Assembly (NCBI GenBank): GCA_963706575.1
Contig: CAVPNL010000005.1
Span: 128,001-192,000, forward strand
DNA from: an uncultured delta proteobacterium
Lineage (GTDB): Bacteria; Desulfobacterota; Desulfobacteria; Desulfobacterales; JAHEIW01
Direction of reading: 5' to 3'
DNA length: 64,000 nt
Made by a program: the position numbers and the translations under genes. Positions 19,475-29,460 of the stretch are shown here, piece after piece. The notes beneath the pieces were generated by a model. That model ran no database searches. It saw nothing but the letters and a program-made list of their open reading frames with translations, and was not told the origin of the DNA. Every line of letters begins with the position of its first letter. Within the stretch, counting starts at the first letter, position 1.

Positions 19475-20344
19475 ATGTTACTCAAAAAAATTGCAATAAA
19501 AGAGACATCAACCGTATTATGGAATCTGTTGCTGATTTCCGCAGGCAGCGTTATTTGCGCAGTTGGCATTAAAGGGATTCTGGTTCCCAAACATTTTCTG
19601 GCAGGTGGTGTTACCGGACTGGCCTTGCTCGCCCATTATGTCTTTGCATCCCTGCCGATCGGATTTCTCTATTTTCTGCTGAATATCCCCCTGTTTGTCA
19701 TCGGCTGGATGTTCGTGGGCAAGCGCTTTTTCTGGTACAGCCTGGCGGGGATGATAATCTTCTCGGCGGTGATATTTTGGCCGTTTCCGGTCTTCCCGGT
19801 TGAAGACATGATTCTCAATGCGCTGACAGCCGGAATTATCACGGGACTTGGCTCGGGTATGATTTTGAGGTCGCTGGGTTCCGCCGGTGGACTGGACATT
19901 CTTTCGATCATTTTATTTAAACGCTTCTCCGTACGTCCTGGTACCACGGTGATGGCGTTCCACGCCATCATGCTGCTCATTGCGCTGTTCCGTCTGCCGA
20001 TGGAGCGCGTGTTGTACACATTGATTTATTTCTTTATCAACGCATACGTCGTTAACCTGGTTGTCATCGGGCTCAGCCAGCGCAAAGCCATAATGATCAT
20101 TTCCCCCCAATGGAAAGAGATTTCCCGACAAATAATGGAAAAACTGCAAAGGGGTGTAACGGTGGTGCAGGGTGAAGGCGGATACTCCGGGCAGCAATTG
20201 CATATACTTTATTCGGTCATCACGCTTACCGAGCTTTCCCGTTTCAAGGAAATGGTTCGCAAAATCGATCCACATGCTTTCGTGGTGGTGACCGAAACTC
20301 TGGAGGTTATGGGAAAAGGGATCGGTAATCAGCCGCACTGGTAA
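19475..20344 (+). CDS. YitT family membrane protein (with C-terminal DUF2179 PII-like domain)
   Basis: GGVTGLA, LNIPLF, GSAGGLDI, RGVT...GGYS...IDPHAF. Confidence 0.9.
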   Translation: MLLKKIAIKETSTVLWNLLLISAGSVICAVGIKGILVPKHFLAGGVTGLALLAHYVFASLPIGFLYFLLNIPLFVIGWMFVGKRFFWYSLAGMIIFSAVIFWPFPVFPVEDMILNALTAGIITGLGSGMILRSLGSAGGLDILSIILFKRFSVRPGTTVMAFHAIMLLIALFRLPMERVLYTLIYFFINAYVVNLVVIGLSQRKAIMIISPQWKEISRQIMEKLQRGVTVVQGEGGYSGQQLHILYSVITLTELSRFKEMVRKIDPHAFVVVTETLEVMGKGIGNQPHW

Positions 20345-20392
20345 AAATTCCATATGCGGGGCAGGAGTTCATTCAACCATAATGGATTGATC

Positions 20393-20923
20393 ATGAAAAG
20401 TTTAAGCTGGATAATAAAAGTTATTTTTTTAGTTTTATTATTTTTAAGCGATGCGCCGGTTTTCTCGGAAGTCGCCCCTTCAAATAAAGACCTGCTGGTG
20501 GCCGGCTGGGTGGAGAATGTCAGCCTTTTCCCGGGCAATTTGAAGATCAAAGCCAAGCTTGACACCGGCGCCAAGAATTCATCTTTAAATGCAAAGTATA
20601 TCGAGGACTTTGAGCGCGACGGGGAGAAATGGGTGCGCTTCAAGTTGAAAAATTGGAAAGGACGGACGGAGAAATTTGAAGCCAGGGTAATTCGCACGGC
20701 CACAATCAAACAGCACGAGACCGAATCGGTAACGCGCCCCGTCATTCGCCTTGGAATCTGCCTGGGGAATATTTATAAAGAGGTTGAAGTCAATCTGCAG
20801 GATCGCAGCAAATTTAATTACCAGCTGCTTATCGGGCGCAGTTATCTCCAAAATTCAATTTTAGTAGACTCCTCTGCGACGCTTACCGTTCAACCTGACT
20901 GCCAGGGAGCAATTCATAAATGA
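20393..20923 (+). CDS. RimK-associated retropepsin-like peptidase (so-called ATP-dependent zinc protease family), exported
   Basis: Signal-like N-terminus; GWVE, AKLDTGA, RPVI, DRSKFNYQLLIGR. Confidence 0.85.
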   Translation: MKSLSWIIKVIFLVLLFLSDAPVFSEVAPSNKDLLVAGWVENVSLFPGNLKIKAKLDTGAKNSSLNAKYIEDFERDGEKWVRFKLKNWKGRTEKFEARVIRTATIKQHETESVTRPVIRLGICLGNIYKEVEVNLQDRSKFNYQLLIGRSYLQNSILVDSSATLTVQPDCQGAIHK

Positions 20924-22455
20924 CCAGACGGCATCTAATCTTCCTGACGCTGACATTAACACTTATCGGGTCAATTGTCTTTTTGTACAAGGCGCTGGTA
21001 TTGAATTTTCCGCTGGTACCTGAAGTTCGATCCGATATCTGGGCGGTTGAGGCCCACCTGACCTTTGTCTCCGACAATAAACCCATCAAGGTTTCAATGA
21101 ACCTTCCTCGCAATTCCCGCCGATTTGCGATCGTGAATGAGAATTTTATTTCCCGCGGGTATGGCGTCAACGTCGTAACCGAAGATGGGAAACGCAAGGT
21201 TCATTGGTCGATTCGCAAGGCCAGGGGAGCTCAAAATCTCTATTACCGTGCTTCGGTGCGCCGGATGGATAGAGACATCCCCCCAAAAACGCCGCAAGGA
21301 CCCGGCCCTGAAAAACCCGATCTCAAAGGCGCTTATCGTGAGGCCTCCGAGGCCCTTGTCTCGGAAGCGCGCGAAAAATCCGCCGATATAGACGGCATCA
21401 TCATCGAGTTGTTGCATCGCCTTAACACCCCGCGGCCGGGGGATAATGCCGCGCTGCTGCTGGGCAAAAAGGCCTCGGTCCAGAAGAAAGTGGATCTATC
21501 CGTTCAATTACTGGCACTAGCCGGTATTCACGCCCGCAGCGTGCATGGTATAGGACTGGAAGATCAAAAGCGCAATTCACCAATTATCCACTGGTTGGAA
21601 ATTTACGATAAAAAGCAGTGGGTATCCTATGATCCGGTTACCGGAAAGCAGGGAGTGCCCGAGGGTTACCTGATCTGGTGGCGGGGCATGGAGCCGCTGT
21701 TTGAGTCCCAGGGAACGAAAAACCTTGCCGCAACCGTTTCGGTGTCTCGCAGCGAGGAGCCGGCCGTACAGGCGGTCTTAGAAACCGGTGAGCTTAAAAA
21801 ACCATTTTTACTGGGCTTTTCGCTGTTCAGTCTTCCAATTGAGACCCAGGCCGTATATCACGTGATTTTAATGGTGCCGGTCGGTGTTTTTCTGCTGGTT
21901 ATCCTGCGCAATGTCATTGGTATCCGGACCTTCGGCACTTTTATGCCGGTGCTCATTGCCCTGGCATTTCGAGAAACCCAACTTTTATGGGGTGTCATTT
22001 TATTTTCCAGCTTAATTGCTTTAGGCCTTGTCATTCGGCTATATCTGGCTCACCTGAAGTTGCTGGTGGTGCCTCGACTGGCTGCCATTTTAATTGTCGT
22101 GATTTACCTGATGGCCCTGTTCAGCATTTTGACGCACAAATTCGGTTTGGAACGCGGACTTTCCGTCGCGCTTTTCCCCATGGTGATTATGACCATGACC
22201 ATTGAACGAATGTCCATTGGCTGGGAAGAGCTGGGGGCCTTGGAAACCCTGAAGCAAGGTGCATGGTCGATGGTTGCAGCGATGCTGGCTTATTTAGTGA
22301 TGACCATCAAGCACATTGAACACTTGTTGTTTGTTTTTCCGGAGCTATTGCTTATTCTGCTGGCCGGAACCTTATGGCTGGGGCGCTACACCGGGTTCAG
22401 GTTACTGGAGCTGCCGCGTTTTAAATCACTGACAAAGATAAGACCTGATGTTTAG
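20920..22455 (+). CDS. Inactive transglutaminase fused to 7TM domain
   Basis: ENFISRGYG, WSIR, LRNVIGIRTFGTFMPVLIALAF, FPMVIMTMTIER, GRYTGFRLLEL. Confidence 0.88.
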   Translation: MTRRHLIFLTLTLTLIGSIVFLYKALVLNFPLVPEVRSDIWAVEAHLTFVSDNKPIKVSMNLPRNSRRFAIVNENFISRGYGVNVVTEDGKRKVHWSIRKARGAQNLYYRASVRRMDRDIPPKTPQGPGPEKPDLKGAYREASEALVSEAREKSADIDGIIIELLHRLNTPRPGDNAALLLGKKASVQKKVDLSVQLLALAGIHARSVHGIGLEDQKRNSPIIHWLEIYDKKQWVSYDPVTGKQGVPEGYLIWWRGMEPLFESQGTKNLAATVSVSRSEEPAVQAVLETGELKKPFLLGFSLFSLPIETQAVYHVILMVPVGVFLLVILRNVIGIRTFGTFMPVLIALAFRETQLLWGVILFSSLIALGLVIRLYLAHLKLLVVPRLAAILIVVIYLMALFSILTHKFGLERGLSVALFPMVIMTMTIERMSIGWEELGALETLKQGAWSMVAAMLAYLVMTIKHIEHLLFVFPELLLILLAGTLWLGRYTGFRLLELPRFKSLTKIRPDV

Positions 22456-23389
22456 CCTAAAAAAGCAACTCACTGGGATCGGTGTGCTGGGGATCAACCG
22501 GCGAAACGCCGAGTACACCTTTAAATACAACTCGCGCGATCGCTATCCGCTGGTGGATGACAAGTTGCAAACCAAGAAACTTGCCACCGAGGCGGACATC
22601 GCCGTACCGGAACTCTATGGTGTTATTGAAACCGAATACCAGGTTCGTCACTTCGCTGAGATGATTAAACCCTATGCTGAGTTCGCAGTCAAACCATCCA
22701 GAGGCTCGGGCGGAAAAGGGATTCTGGTTATCGTCGGGCGCTCAAAGGATATGTACCGTACTGTCGATGGCTCGCTGCTGACCCGAGAAGAAGTCGGTTA
22801 TCAACTGTCTAATGTCATCAGTGGCATGTATAGCCTGGGGGGACAGCCGGATAAAGCGTTAATTGAATATCGGGTGAAGTTTGATCCGGTGTTTGAAACT
22901 ATCAGTTATCAGGGTGTACCCGATATTCGAGTCATTGTTTTTCTTGGAGTGCCGGTCATGTCCATGGTCCGATTACCCACGCGTATGTCCGGTGGCAAAG
23001 CCAACCTGCATCAAGGAGCCATTGGCGCCGGAATCGATATTGCTACCGGTACAACCCTTACGGCGGTCTGGCGCAATTCGATTATCAGCGAGCATCCGGA
23101 TACCGGCAATCCGGTCACCGGTGTAAAAATTCCCAATTGGGAAAAATTGTTAAAAATTGCCGCTCAGTGTAATGCACTTGCCGGACTGGGATATATCGGC
23201 GTTGATCTGGTTTTAGATAAAGAAAAGGGGCCTTTAATCCTGGAAATGAACGCACGCCCGGGTCTTAACATCCAGATTGCCAACCGAGCCGGCTTGTTGC
23301 CGCGCTTGCGCCTTGTTGAACAGCATCAGCAAGATTTGTCCAATATCGAAGACCGCATCGCTTTTTCCAGACAGCACTTTAGGGCATAA
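22448..23389 (+). CDS. Alpha-L-glutamate ligase-like ATP-grasp protein (RimK-like)
   Basis: GINRRN, VDDKLQTK, KPSRGSGGKGI, GVPDIR, ANLHQGA, EMNARPGL. Confidence 0.9.
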   Translation: MFSLKKQLTGIGVLGINRRNAEYTFKYNSRDRYPLVDDKLQTKKLATEADIAVPELYGVIETEYQVRHFAEMIKPYAEFAVKPSRGSGGKGILVIVGRSKDMYRTVDGSLLTREEVGYQLSNVISGMYSLGGQPDKALIEYRVKFDPVFETISYQGVPDIRVIVFLGVPVMSMVRLPTRMSGGKANLHQGAIGAGIDIATGTTLTAVWRNSIISEHPDTGNPVTGVKIPNWEKLLKIAAQCNALAGLGYIGVDLVLDKEKGPLILEMNARPGLNIQIANRAGLLPRLRLVEQHQQDLSNIEDRIAFSRQHFRA

Positions 23390-23417
23390 TTTTTATATAT
23401 CTTCCAAGGAGGGCTTC

Positions 23418-23621
23418 ATGATTCGAAATATTATTTTTTTATGTCTGATTGGAGTGGTTGTCATCTTTGTGCTACAAAACACCCAGGTCGTTGAAGTCCG
23501 GTTTCTCTTCTGGACCATTTCGATGTCTCGGGCTTTAATGTTATTCGGGACTTTGGCGATTGGATTAGTCGGGGGATGGCTGATAACATTACCCAGGCGT
23601 GGGAAAACGCCAAAAAAATAA
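23418..23621 (+). CDS. LapA/DUF1049-like small membrane protein
   Basis: AAGGAGG RBS; IFVLQNTQVVEVRFLFW pattern with two TM segments. Confidence 0.8.
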   Translation: MIRNIIFLCLIGVVVIFVLQNTQVVEVRFLFWTISMSRALMLFGTLAIGLVGGWLITLPRRGKTPKK

Positions 23622-23632
23622 GGAGAAGTGGT

Positions 23633-24235
23633 ATGAATATACGGCAAAGATGGTTTTTTTCAATCTTTACCATTATCGCATTGATAGCAATATCACCGAT
23701 TGATTTGTGCCATGCAGACGACAGGGCCAGAGACCGCAAAACGTTGCAGGGTATTCAGTCGGTGGTCGTAAAAGTTCACTCAGTAGAGGCGGAGTGGAAG
23801 ACTGAGCTGGCAAAGGTGGGGCTATCTGAAAGCGCTCTGCAGTCATCCATTGAACATCAACTGCAAAAGGATGGCATTCAGGTTGTTTCCGAAGAAGCCT
23901 CGAATCGATCGGCATTTGAAGGCATTTTGAATGTGCGGCTGAAATTTTCGGACCCCGAACCCGCTAAGAAACAATTTCCAACCGATGACAAAAGCGGAGA
24001 CATCATCGAAAAAGTCGATGTGAAAAAGAGATATGTTTATGCCATCCGGCTCAACCTGCGCCAGCTTGTTTCGCTGAAGCGCGATCCGTCTGCTGAGGCT
24101 TTTTCAATTACCTGGCAGGCTGAATCCGTCGGAATGCGACGTCTGACGCTTATTAAGGACGATATTAAAAGCCTGGTGGATGTATTTATTGAGGCTTACA
24201 CTTCTGAGAATCCGGCGCCGCTAAAAACAAACTAG
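23633..24235 (+). CDS. Exported hypothetical protein
   Basis: AAGGAG RBS; signal-peptide-like N-terminus. Confidence 0.7.
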   Translation: MNIRQRWFFSIFTIIALIAISPIDLCHADDRARDRKTLQGIQSVVVKVHSVEAEWKTELAKVGLSESALQSSIEHQLQKDGIQVVSEEASNRSAFEGILNVRLKFSDPEPAKKQFPTDDKSGDIIEKVDVKKRYVYAIRLNLRQLVSLKRDPSAEAFSITWQAESVGMRRLTLIKDDIKSLVDVFIEAYTSENPAPLKTN

Positions 24236-24354
24236 AAGTGTGTAATTCCCGAAAGTGCGTCGTAGCCGGTGCACGGAGTATGCTTCAAAGCTGAGGCCGT
24301 TTGTCGCAAAATTCGTATTTAAAATTCGATTAAGCAATCCTTTGGAGGAAAGCC

Positions 24355-26076
24355 ATGGCTGTGGATGTTTCGATTCGCATTGCGGGTCAGGCAGGTCAGG
24401 GAATCCAGTCAATCAGCGCCATTATGGGAAAGATCTTCATCCGTCATGGCTACTACGTTTTCATCAATCAAGATGCCGAATCCCGCATTCGGGGTGGGCA
24501 TAACTTTGATCAGATTAGGGTCAAAGATCAGCCGGTTTATGCGATTGACGACAAAGTGGACTACTTGATTTGTCTGGACGGAAATGCCGTGGATTCCGAT
24601 CTGCCGAATCTGGCCGAAAACGGGATTATGATCTATGATGGAGAGTCAGATTTTCGATCCGACAACCCCCAGCATTTCTCAATTCCGCTTGAGCAAATTG
24701 CCGAGCAGGTCGGCAAAAAAAAGATTATGGTGAATTCGGTGGCCACCGGCGCGGCATTTGCACTGATGGGGTTTGAATTGCAGCCCTTGCTGGACCGTCT
24801 TAAAGAAGAATTTGCAGCCAAGGGTGACGAGATCGTCGAAAAAAATCAAAACTGCGCCTCAAACGGTTACCGTTACGTCAAAGAAAATTTTAGAGGTGTT
24901 TCAGCTGATCAAATACCGACAGGATCATTTTCGAGACGAAAAATGCTTCTCAACGGCAGTCAAGCCATGGCGCTGGGCGCTGTTTGTTGCGGATTGAAAT
25001 TCTTTTCAGCCTACCCGATGTCGCCCGCGACACCCATTATGGAATTTATCGCTTCAGTGGCAAATCAATATAACATTATCCTCGAACAGGCCGAAGACGA
25101 AATTGCCGCTATTAACATGGCTATCGGGGCAGCGTTTGCCGGTGTAAGGGCGATGACGGCTACTTCCGGTGGCGGTTTCAGCCTGATGGTTGAAGGACTG
25201 GGTTTAGCCGGAATGACCGAGACACCGGTTGTCGTTGTGGTTGCCCAGCGTCCGGGCCCCGCCACCGGGCTGCCCACCAGAACCGAACAGGGTGATTTGC
25301 AATTTGTCATCCATGCTTCTCACGGAGAGTTTCCCCGGGCGGTTCTGGCACCGGGCCATGCGGAGCAGGCCTTTTATCTGATGGCCAAAGCTTTCAATCT
25401 GGCCGAAAGCTATCAGACGCCGGTAATTGTTTTAGGAGACCAGCATCTCAATGATTCATATTATACGTTAGACCATTTAGATCTGGATCAAACACCCATT
25501 GATCGCGGCGACATTAATTTGGACCATCAGATATCTTCAGTGAAAGATTACAAACGTTACGCCTGGCAGGAGACTGGCGTTTCGCCCAGAATTTTACCGG
25601 GCCGGTCTAAGGCCGTGTTGTATGCCGACAGTGATGAGCACACGGAAGCGGGACATATCACGGAAAGTGCCGAGATACGAACCCGGATGGTCCGCAAACG
25701 GATGCGGAAACTGGAGGGGATACGCAGCCAGATGGCGTCGCCCCAAATTTTTCCATCAAAGAAAGCGGATATCGTGCTTCTGGGATGGGGATCAATTTAT
25801 GGCGCGATGAAAGAAGCAGTGAATATTTTGAATCATGAGGGCATCGCCGCCCAAATGATCCATTTCAGTGAGCTTTTTCCATTCAGCGCAGTCCCATTTT
25901 TAACGAAGATAAAGAAGAAGGCAAAAATATTTGCTATTGAAAGTAATTTTACCGGGCAATTTGCAAATTTCTTCACTGCTGAGGCAGGGCGTCCCGTTTT
26001 TCACAAAATATTAAAATTCAATGGGAGGCCGTTTGCGCCCCGGGAAATCGTCATGCGGGTGAAAGAACAGATATGA
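24355..26076 (+). CDS. korA: 2-oxoacid:ferredoxin oxidoreductase alpha subunit (gamma-alpha fusion)
   Basis: GQAGQG, SRIRGGHN, AYPMSPAT, QAEDEIAA, TSGGGFSLM, QRPGPATGLPT; substrate not determinable. Confidence 0.9.
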   Translation: MAVDVSIRIAGQAGQGIQSISAIMGKIFIRHGYYVFINQDAESRIRGGHNFDQIRVKDQPVYAIDDKVDYLICLDGNAVDSDLPNLAENGIMIYDGESDFRSDNPQHFSIPLEQIAEQVGKKKIMVNSVATGAAFALMGFELQPLLDRLKEEFAAKGDEIVEKNQNCASNGYRYVKENFRGVSADQIPTGSFSRRKMLLNGSQAMALGAVCCGLKFFSAYPMSPATPIMEFIASVANQYNIILEQAEDEIAAINMAIGAAFAGVRAMTATSGGGFSLMVEGLGLAGMTETPVVVVVAQRPGPATGLPTRTEQGDLQFVIHASHGEFPRAVLAPGHAEQAFYLMAKAFNLAESYQTPVIVLGDQHLNDSYYTLDHLDLDQTPIDRGDINLDHQISSVKDYKRYAWQETGVSPRILPGRSKAVLYADSDEHTEAGHITESAEIRTRMVRKRMRKLEGIRSQMASPQIFPSKKADIVLLGWGSIYGAMKEAVNILNHEGIAAQMIHFSELFPFSAVPFLTKIKKKAKIFAIESNFTGQFANFFTAEAGRPVFHKILKFNGRPFAPREIVMRVKEQI

Positions 26077-26948
26077 AGGACTATAAAATGGTTTCTACGC
26101 AAGATTTTGAAAGCGATGATCCGATTGCCTGGTGTCCCGGCTGCGGAAATTTTTCGATTCTCAAAGCCCTCAAACAGGCATTCGTTGAATTGGGTAAAGA
26201 GCCCCATGAAATTGCCATCGTATCCGGGATCGGGCAGGCCCCGAAAACGCCGCATTATCTTCGATGCAACGCGTTCAACGGCCTGCACGGCAGAACACTG
26301 CCGGTGGCCACAGGAATTAAGCTGGCCAACCATGAGTTGACGGTGTTGGCCGAAGGCGGAGACGGTGACGGATATGCGGAGGGCGGCAACCATTTTCTGC
26401 ATGCCATGCGACGAAACATCGATATTACTTACCTGGTACATAACAATCAGGTCTACGGCCTCACCAAAGGCCAAACTTCACCGACCAGTGGATTGGGTTT
26501 TGTCAGCAAAACCTCCCCGACCGGTTCAACCAGCCCGCCGCTGAATCCGTTGCTGCTTGCAATTGCTTCGGATTGCAGCTTCGTGGCCCGAGGATTCGCC
26601 GGAGAGGTCGAACACCTTACCAGATTGATAAGAGCAGCAATAATGCACCGCGGTTTCGCATTTATTGACATTCTGCAGCCCTGTGTTTCATTTAACCGGG
26701 TCAATACGTTCAAATGGTATGCCGAGCGGATCTACTCTGTCGATGATGATACTAATTTCGATCCATCGGATGCCATGACGGCATTTGCCAAAGCTCAGGA
26801 GTGGGGGGATCGAATTCCGATTGGAATCATTTACTGCAAACAGCGGCCGACGCTGGATGGTCAGCAATCCGCAATTAGCGGGAAAAGCTTGATAAGACAG
26901 AAGCTCGATCCTGCCGGCTTCAGCAGCATATTTGAAGCCTTCAAGTGA
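26073..26948 (+). CDS. korB: 2-oxoacid:ferredoxin oxidoreductase beta subunit
   Basis: WCPGCG, SGIG, LHGR, GDGD TPP motif, NNQVYGLTKGQTSPT. Confidence 0.9.
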   Translation: MKDYKMVSTQDFESDDPIAWCPGCGNFSILKALKQAFVELGKEPHEIAIVSGIGQAPKTPHYLRCNAFNGLHGRTLPVATGIKLANHELTVLAEGGDGDGYAEGGNHFLHAMRRNIDITYLVHNNQVYGLTKGQTSPTSGLGFVSKTSPTGSTSPPLNPLLLAIASDCSFVARGFAGEVEHLTRLIRAAIMHRGFAFIDILQPCVSFNRVNTFKWYAERIYSVDDDTNFDPSDAMTAFAKAQEWGDRIPIGIIYCKQRPTLDGQQSAISGKSLIRQKLDPAGFSSIFEAFK

Positions 26949-27082
26949 GAATTTTTGGGTTCACGCCTTCATCCAGCTTTCGGGTGTCAACCGAAACAAT
27001 CCGGGTCGTTTTTTTGAAAAATCCAATCCAACATCAAATACCTGCACAATGAACACGATTTGAACCGAAAGGAATACTGCAG

Positions 27083-29212
27083 ATGAACGATTTTCAGAAC
27101 GAGTTTCCCAACTTGCCGGAGCGTATTGCCGGTTTAGGTGAGCTGGCAGAAAACCTGTGGTGGAGCTGGCAGCCGGCAGCTCGCATGCTGTTCAAGACCT
27201 TGGATCGTCAGGCCTGGAAAGAAAGCGTGCACAATCCTGATAAAATGCTCAAAGAGCTGCCCGGGGAAATTTTCGATCGGGCCCCCGCCGATGGGCAGTA
27301 TTTGCGAAATTATGATGTGGTGATGTCTCAGTTCAAAAAATATGTGGAAACGAAGGGATGTCCGCTTTTGCCTGAACTGCCGGATGTGGGGAATTCCAAG
27401 ATTGCCTATTTTTCAGCTGAATACGGATTGCATCGGTCGCTGCCGTTTTATGCCGGCGGATTGGGGTTTTTAGCCGGAGATCACCTCAAAGAATGCAGTG
27501 ACTTGAACATACCTTTGGTGGCCGTGGGCTTTATGTATCCGCAAGGATATCTTCACCAAACCATTCGGGAAGACGGCTGGCAAGATAATATCACTGAAAC
27601 GCTCGATCGGGATGCAGCGCCCATTTTAAGAGTTTTGGGCGCAGATGGAAACCAGTTGATTGTCAGGGTTCCTCTGATCGACCCGGCCATTCACGTGGCG
27701 GTTTGGAAGGTGACAGTTGGACGGGTGCCCCTTTATCTCATGGACACCGATATCGAAATGAACGACCCGTGGAATCGTGGCATATCCGCGCGACTTTACA
27801 CCGGCGACCTGGAGCAACGCCTGCGCCAGGAGATCGTCCTGGGAATCGGCGGTGCCGAAGTGCTGGAGACATTGGGGATTAAACGCTTTGTCTTGCATTT
27901 GAATGAAGGTCATGCCGCATTTGCCCTGTTGGAACAGATTCGGGACCGGATTAACCAGGGGATAAATTATCAGGAGGCTTTGGAATGGGTGCGAAATACT
28001 TCTATTTTTACGACCCACACCCCGGTGCCTGCCGGCCACGATGTCTTTCCGTTTTATCTAATTGAAAAATATTTTCACGCCTACTGGCCGGCGCTGGGGT
28101 TGGATCGCGACGTGTTTCTAAAACTTGGCGTTCATCCGCAAAAACCGGAAGCCGGGTTTAATATGACCGCGATGGCGCTGAGGCTTTCCAAATACCGCAA
28201 TGGTGTCAGCAAAAAGCATGGAGAAGTATCGCGCCGGATGTGGCAAAGCCTCTGGACGGAGTTTCCCGAAGGTGAAAGCGCCATTGATCATATCACCAAT
28301 GGCGTTCACGTTCCAACCTGGATTGAACCCAAGATGCAGCTTCTTTTGGATAAATATCTGGAGCCTGGATGGCTGACGGATCACGATAATCCCCTCATCT
28401 GGGAATCGATTGAAAAGATACCGGATGAGGAATTCTGGAAAACCCATTATTGGATGAAGATCAAGCTGATTGATGCCATCCGGGAAAGATCCCGTCTGCG
28501 CTGGACCCAGGACCGGGCCAATCCGTCTGTTGTTTTAGCCGGTGGGGCCCTGTTGGATCCTTCAGTCCTTACCCTCGGTTTTGCGAGGCGCTTTGCCACA
28601 TACAAACGGGCGGATTTGCTTTTTTATAATTTTGAAAGACTCAAAATGCTTTTGAATGATCGCTGGCGCCCGTTTCAAATTATTTTTGCAGGCAAGGCGC
28701 ATCCGGCCGACGATCCGGGGAAGCGAATTTTACAGCGGATTTTCAATGTCAGTCGCGATCCGGATACAGGGGGGCGCATCGCCTTTATCGAAGATTACGG
28801 CGAGCAGCTGGCCCAGTATCTGGTTCATGGCGTAGACGTGTGGCTCAATACGCCAATTCCACCGATGGAGGCCAGCGGAACCAGCGGCATGAAGGCGGCG
28901 CTAAACGGGGTGCCGCAACTGAGCATCTTGGATGGCTGGTGGCTGGAAGGTTACAATGAAAAAAACGGTTGGGCGATCGATCATCCATCAGTCGACGGTA
29001 ATCGAGATCAGGCCGATGCCGGCGAAATATACCGAATTTTAGAAGAAGAAATTATACCCCTGTATTACGATGTTTCAGAAGAGGGCATACCTTATAGGTG
29101 GGTAAAACTAATGAAAGAATCTATAAAGAGCAATGCCGCCAAATTTTCGGCCCGACGAATGGTTAAGGAGTATGTTGAAAAGTTTTATAAAAAGGCATTA
29201 AAAAACATATAG
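27083..29212 (+). CDS. glgP: Alpha-glucan (glycogen/starch) phosphorylase
   Basis: YFSAEYG, GGLGFLAGD, HLNEGH, FARRFATYKR, EASGTSGMK PLP motif. Confidence 0.95.
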   Translation: MNDFQNEFPNLPERIAGLGELAENLWWSWQPAARMLFKTLDRQAWKESVHNPDKMLKELPGEIFDRAPADGQYLRNYDVVMSQFKKYVETKGCPLLPELPDVGNSKIAYFSAEYGLHRSLPFYAGGLGFLAGDHLKECSDLNIPLVAVGFMYPQGYLHQTIREDGWQDNITETLDRDAAPILRVLGADGNQLIVRVPLIDPAIHVAVWKVTVGRVPLYLMDTDIEMNDPWNRGISARLYTGDLEQRLRQEIVLGIGGAEVLETLGIKRFVLHLNEGHAAFALLEQIRDRINQGINYQEALEWVRNTSIFTTHTPVPAGHDVFPFYLIEKYFHAYWPALGLDRDVFLKLGVHPQKPEAGFNMTAMALRLSKYRNGVSKKHGEVSRRMWQSLWTEFPEGESAIDHITNGVHVPTWIEPKMQLLLDKYLEPGWLTDHDNPLIWESIEKIPDEEFWKTHYWMKIKLIDAIRERSRLRWTQDRANPSVVLAGGALLDPSVLTLGFARRFATYKRADLLFYNFERLKMLLNDRWRPFQIIFAGKAHPADDPGKRILQRIFNVSRDPDTGGRIAFIEDYGEQLAQYLVHGVDVWLNTPIPPMEASGTSGMKAALNGVPQLSILDGWWLEGYNEKNGWAIDHPSVDGNRDQADAGEIYRILEEEIIPLYYDVSEEGIPYRWVKLMKESIKSNAAKFSARRMVKEYVEKFYKKALKNI

Positions 29213-29460
29213 AACAAACTTTGGAATTGTCTATTATTTAAATTTGCAATGATAAAATTAGAATAAATGTGCAGCCGATAATTCGATTGTCCGGATAAGA
29301 AGTTAAGATTCCGTTAAAAGAAATATAGGAACTGCCAATCCTTGTTTTTTTTTGTTTAGATTTCAATCAATTAGGTAAATAATCGTACACGCCGCGATCG
29401 TTTCTCACCTAAATTTATTACCGCAACCAGTCACGCCAGTTCACAGGCATCACCGGTTTT

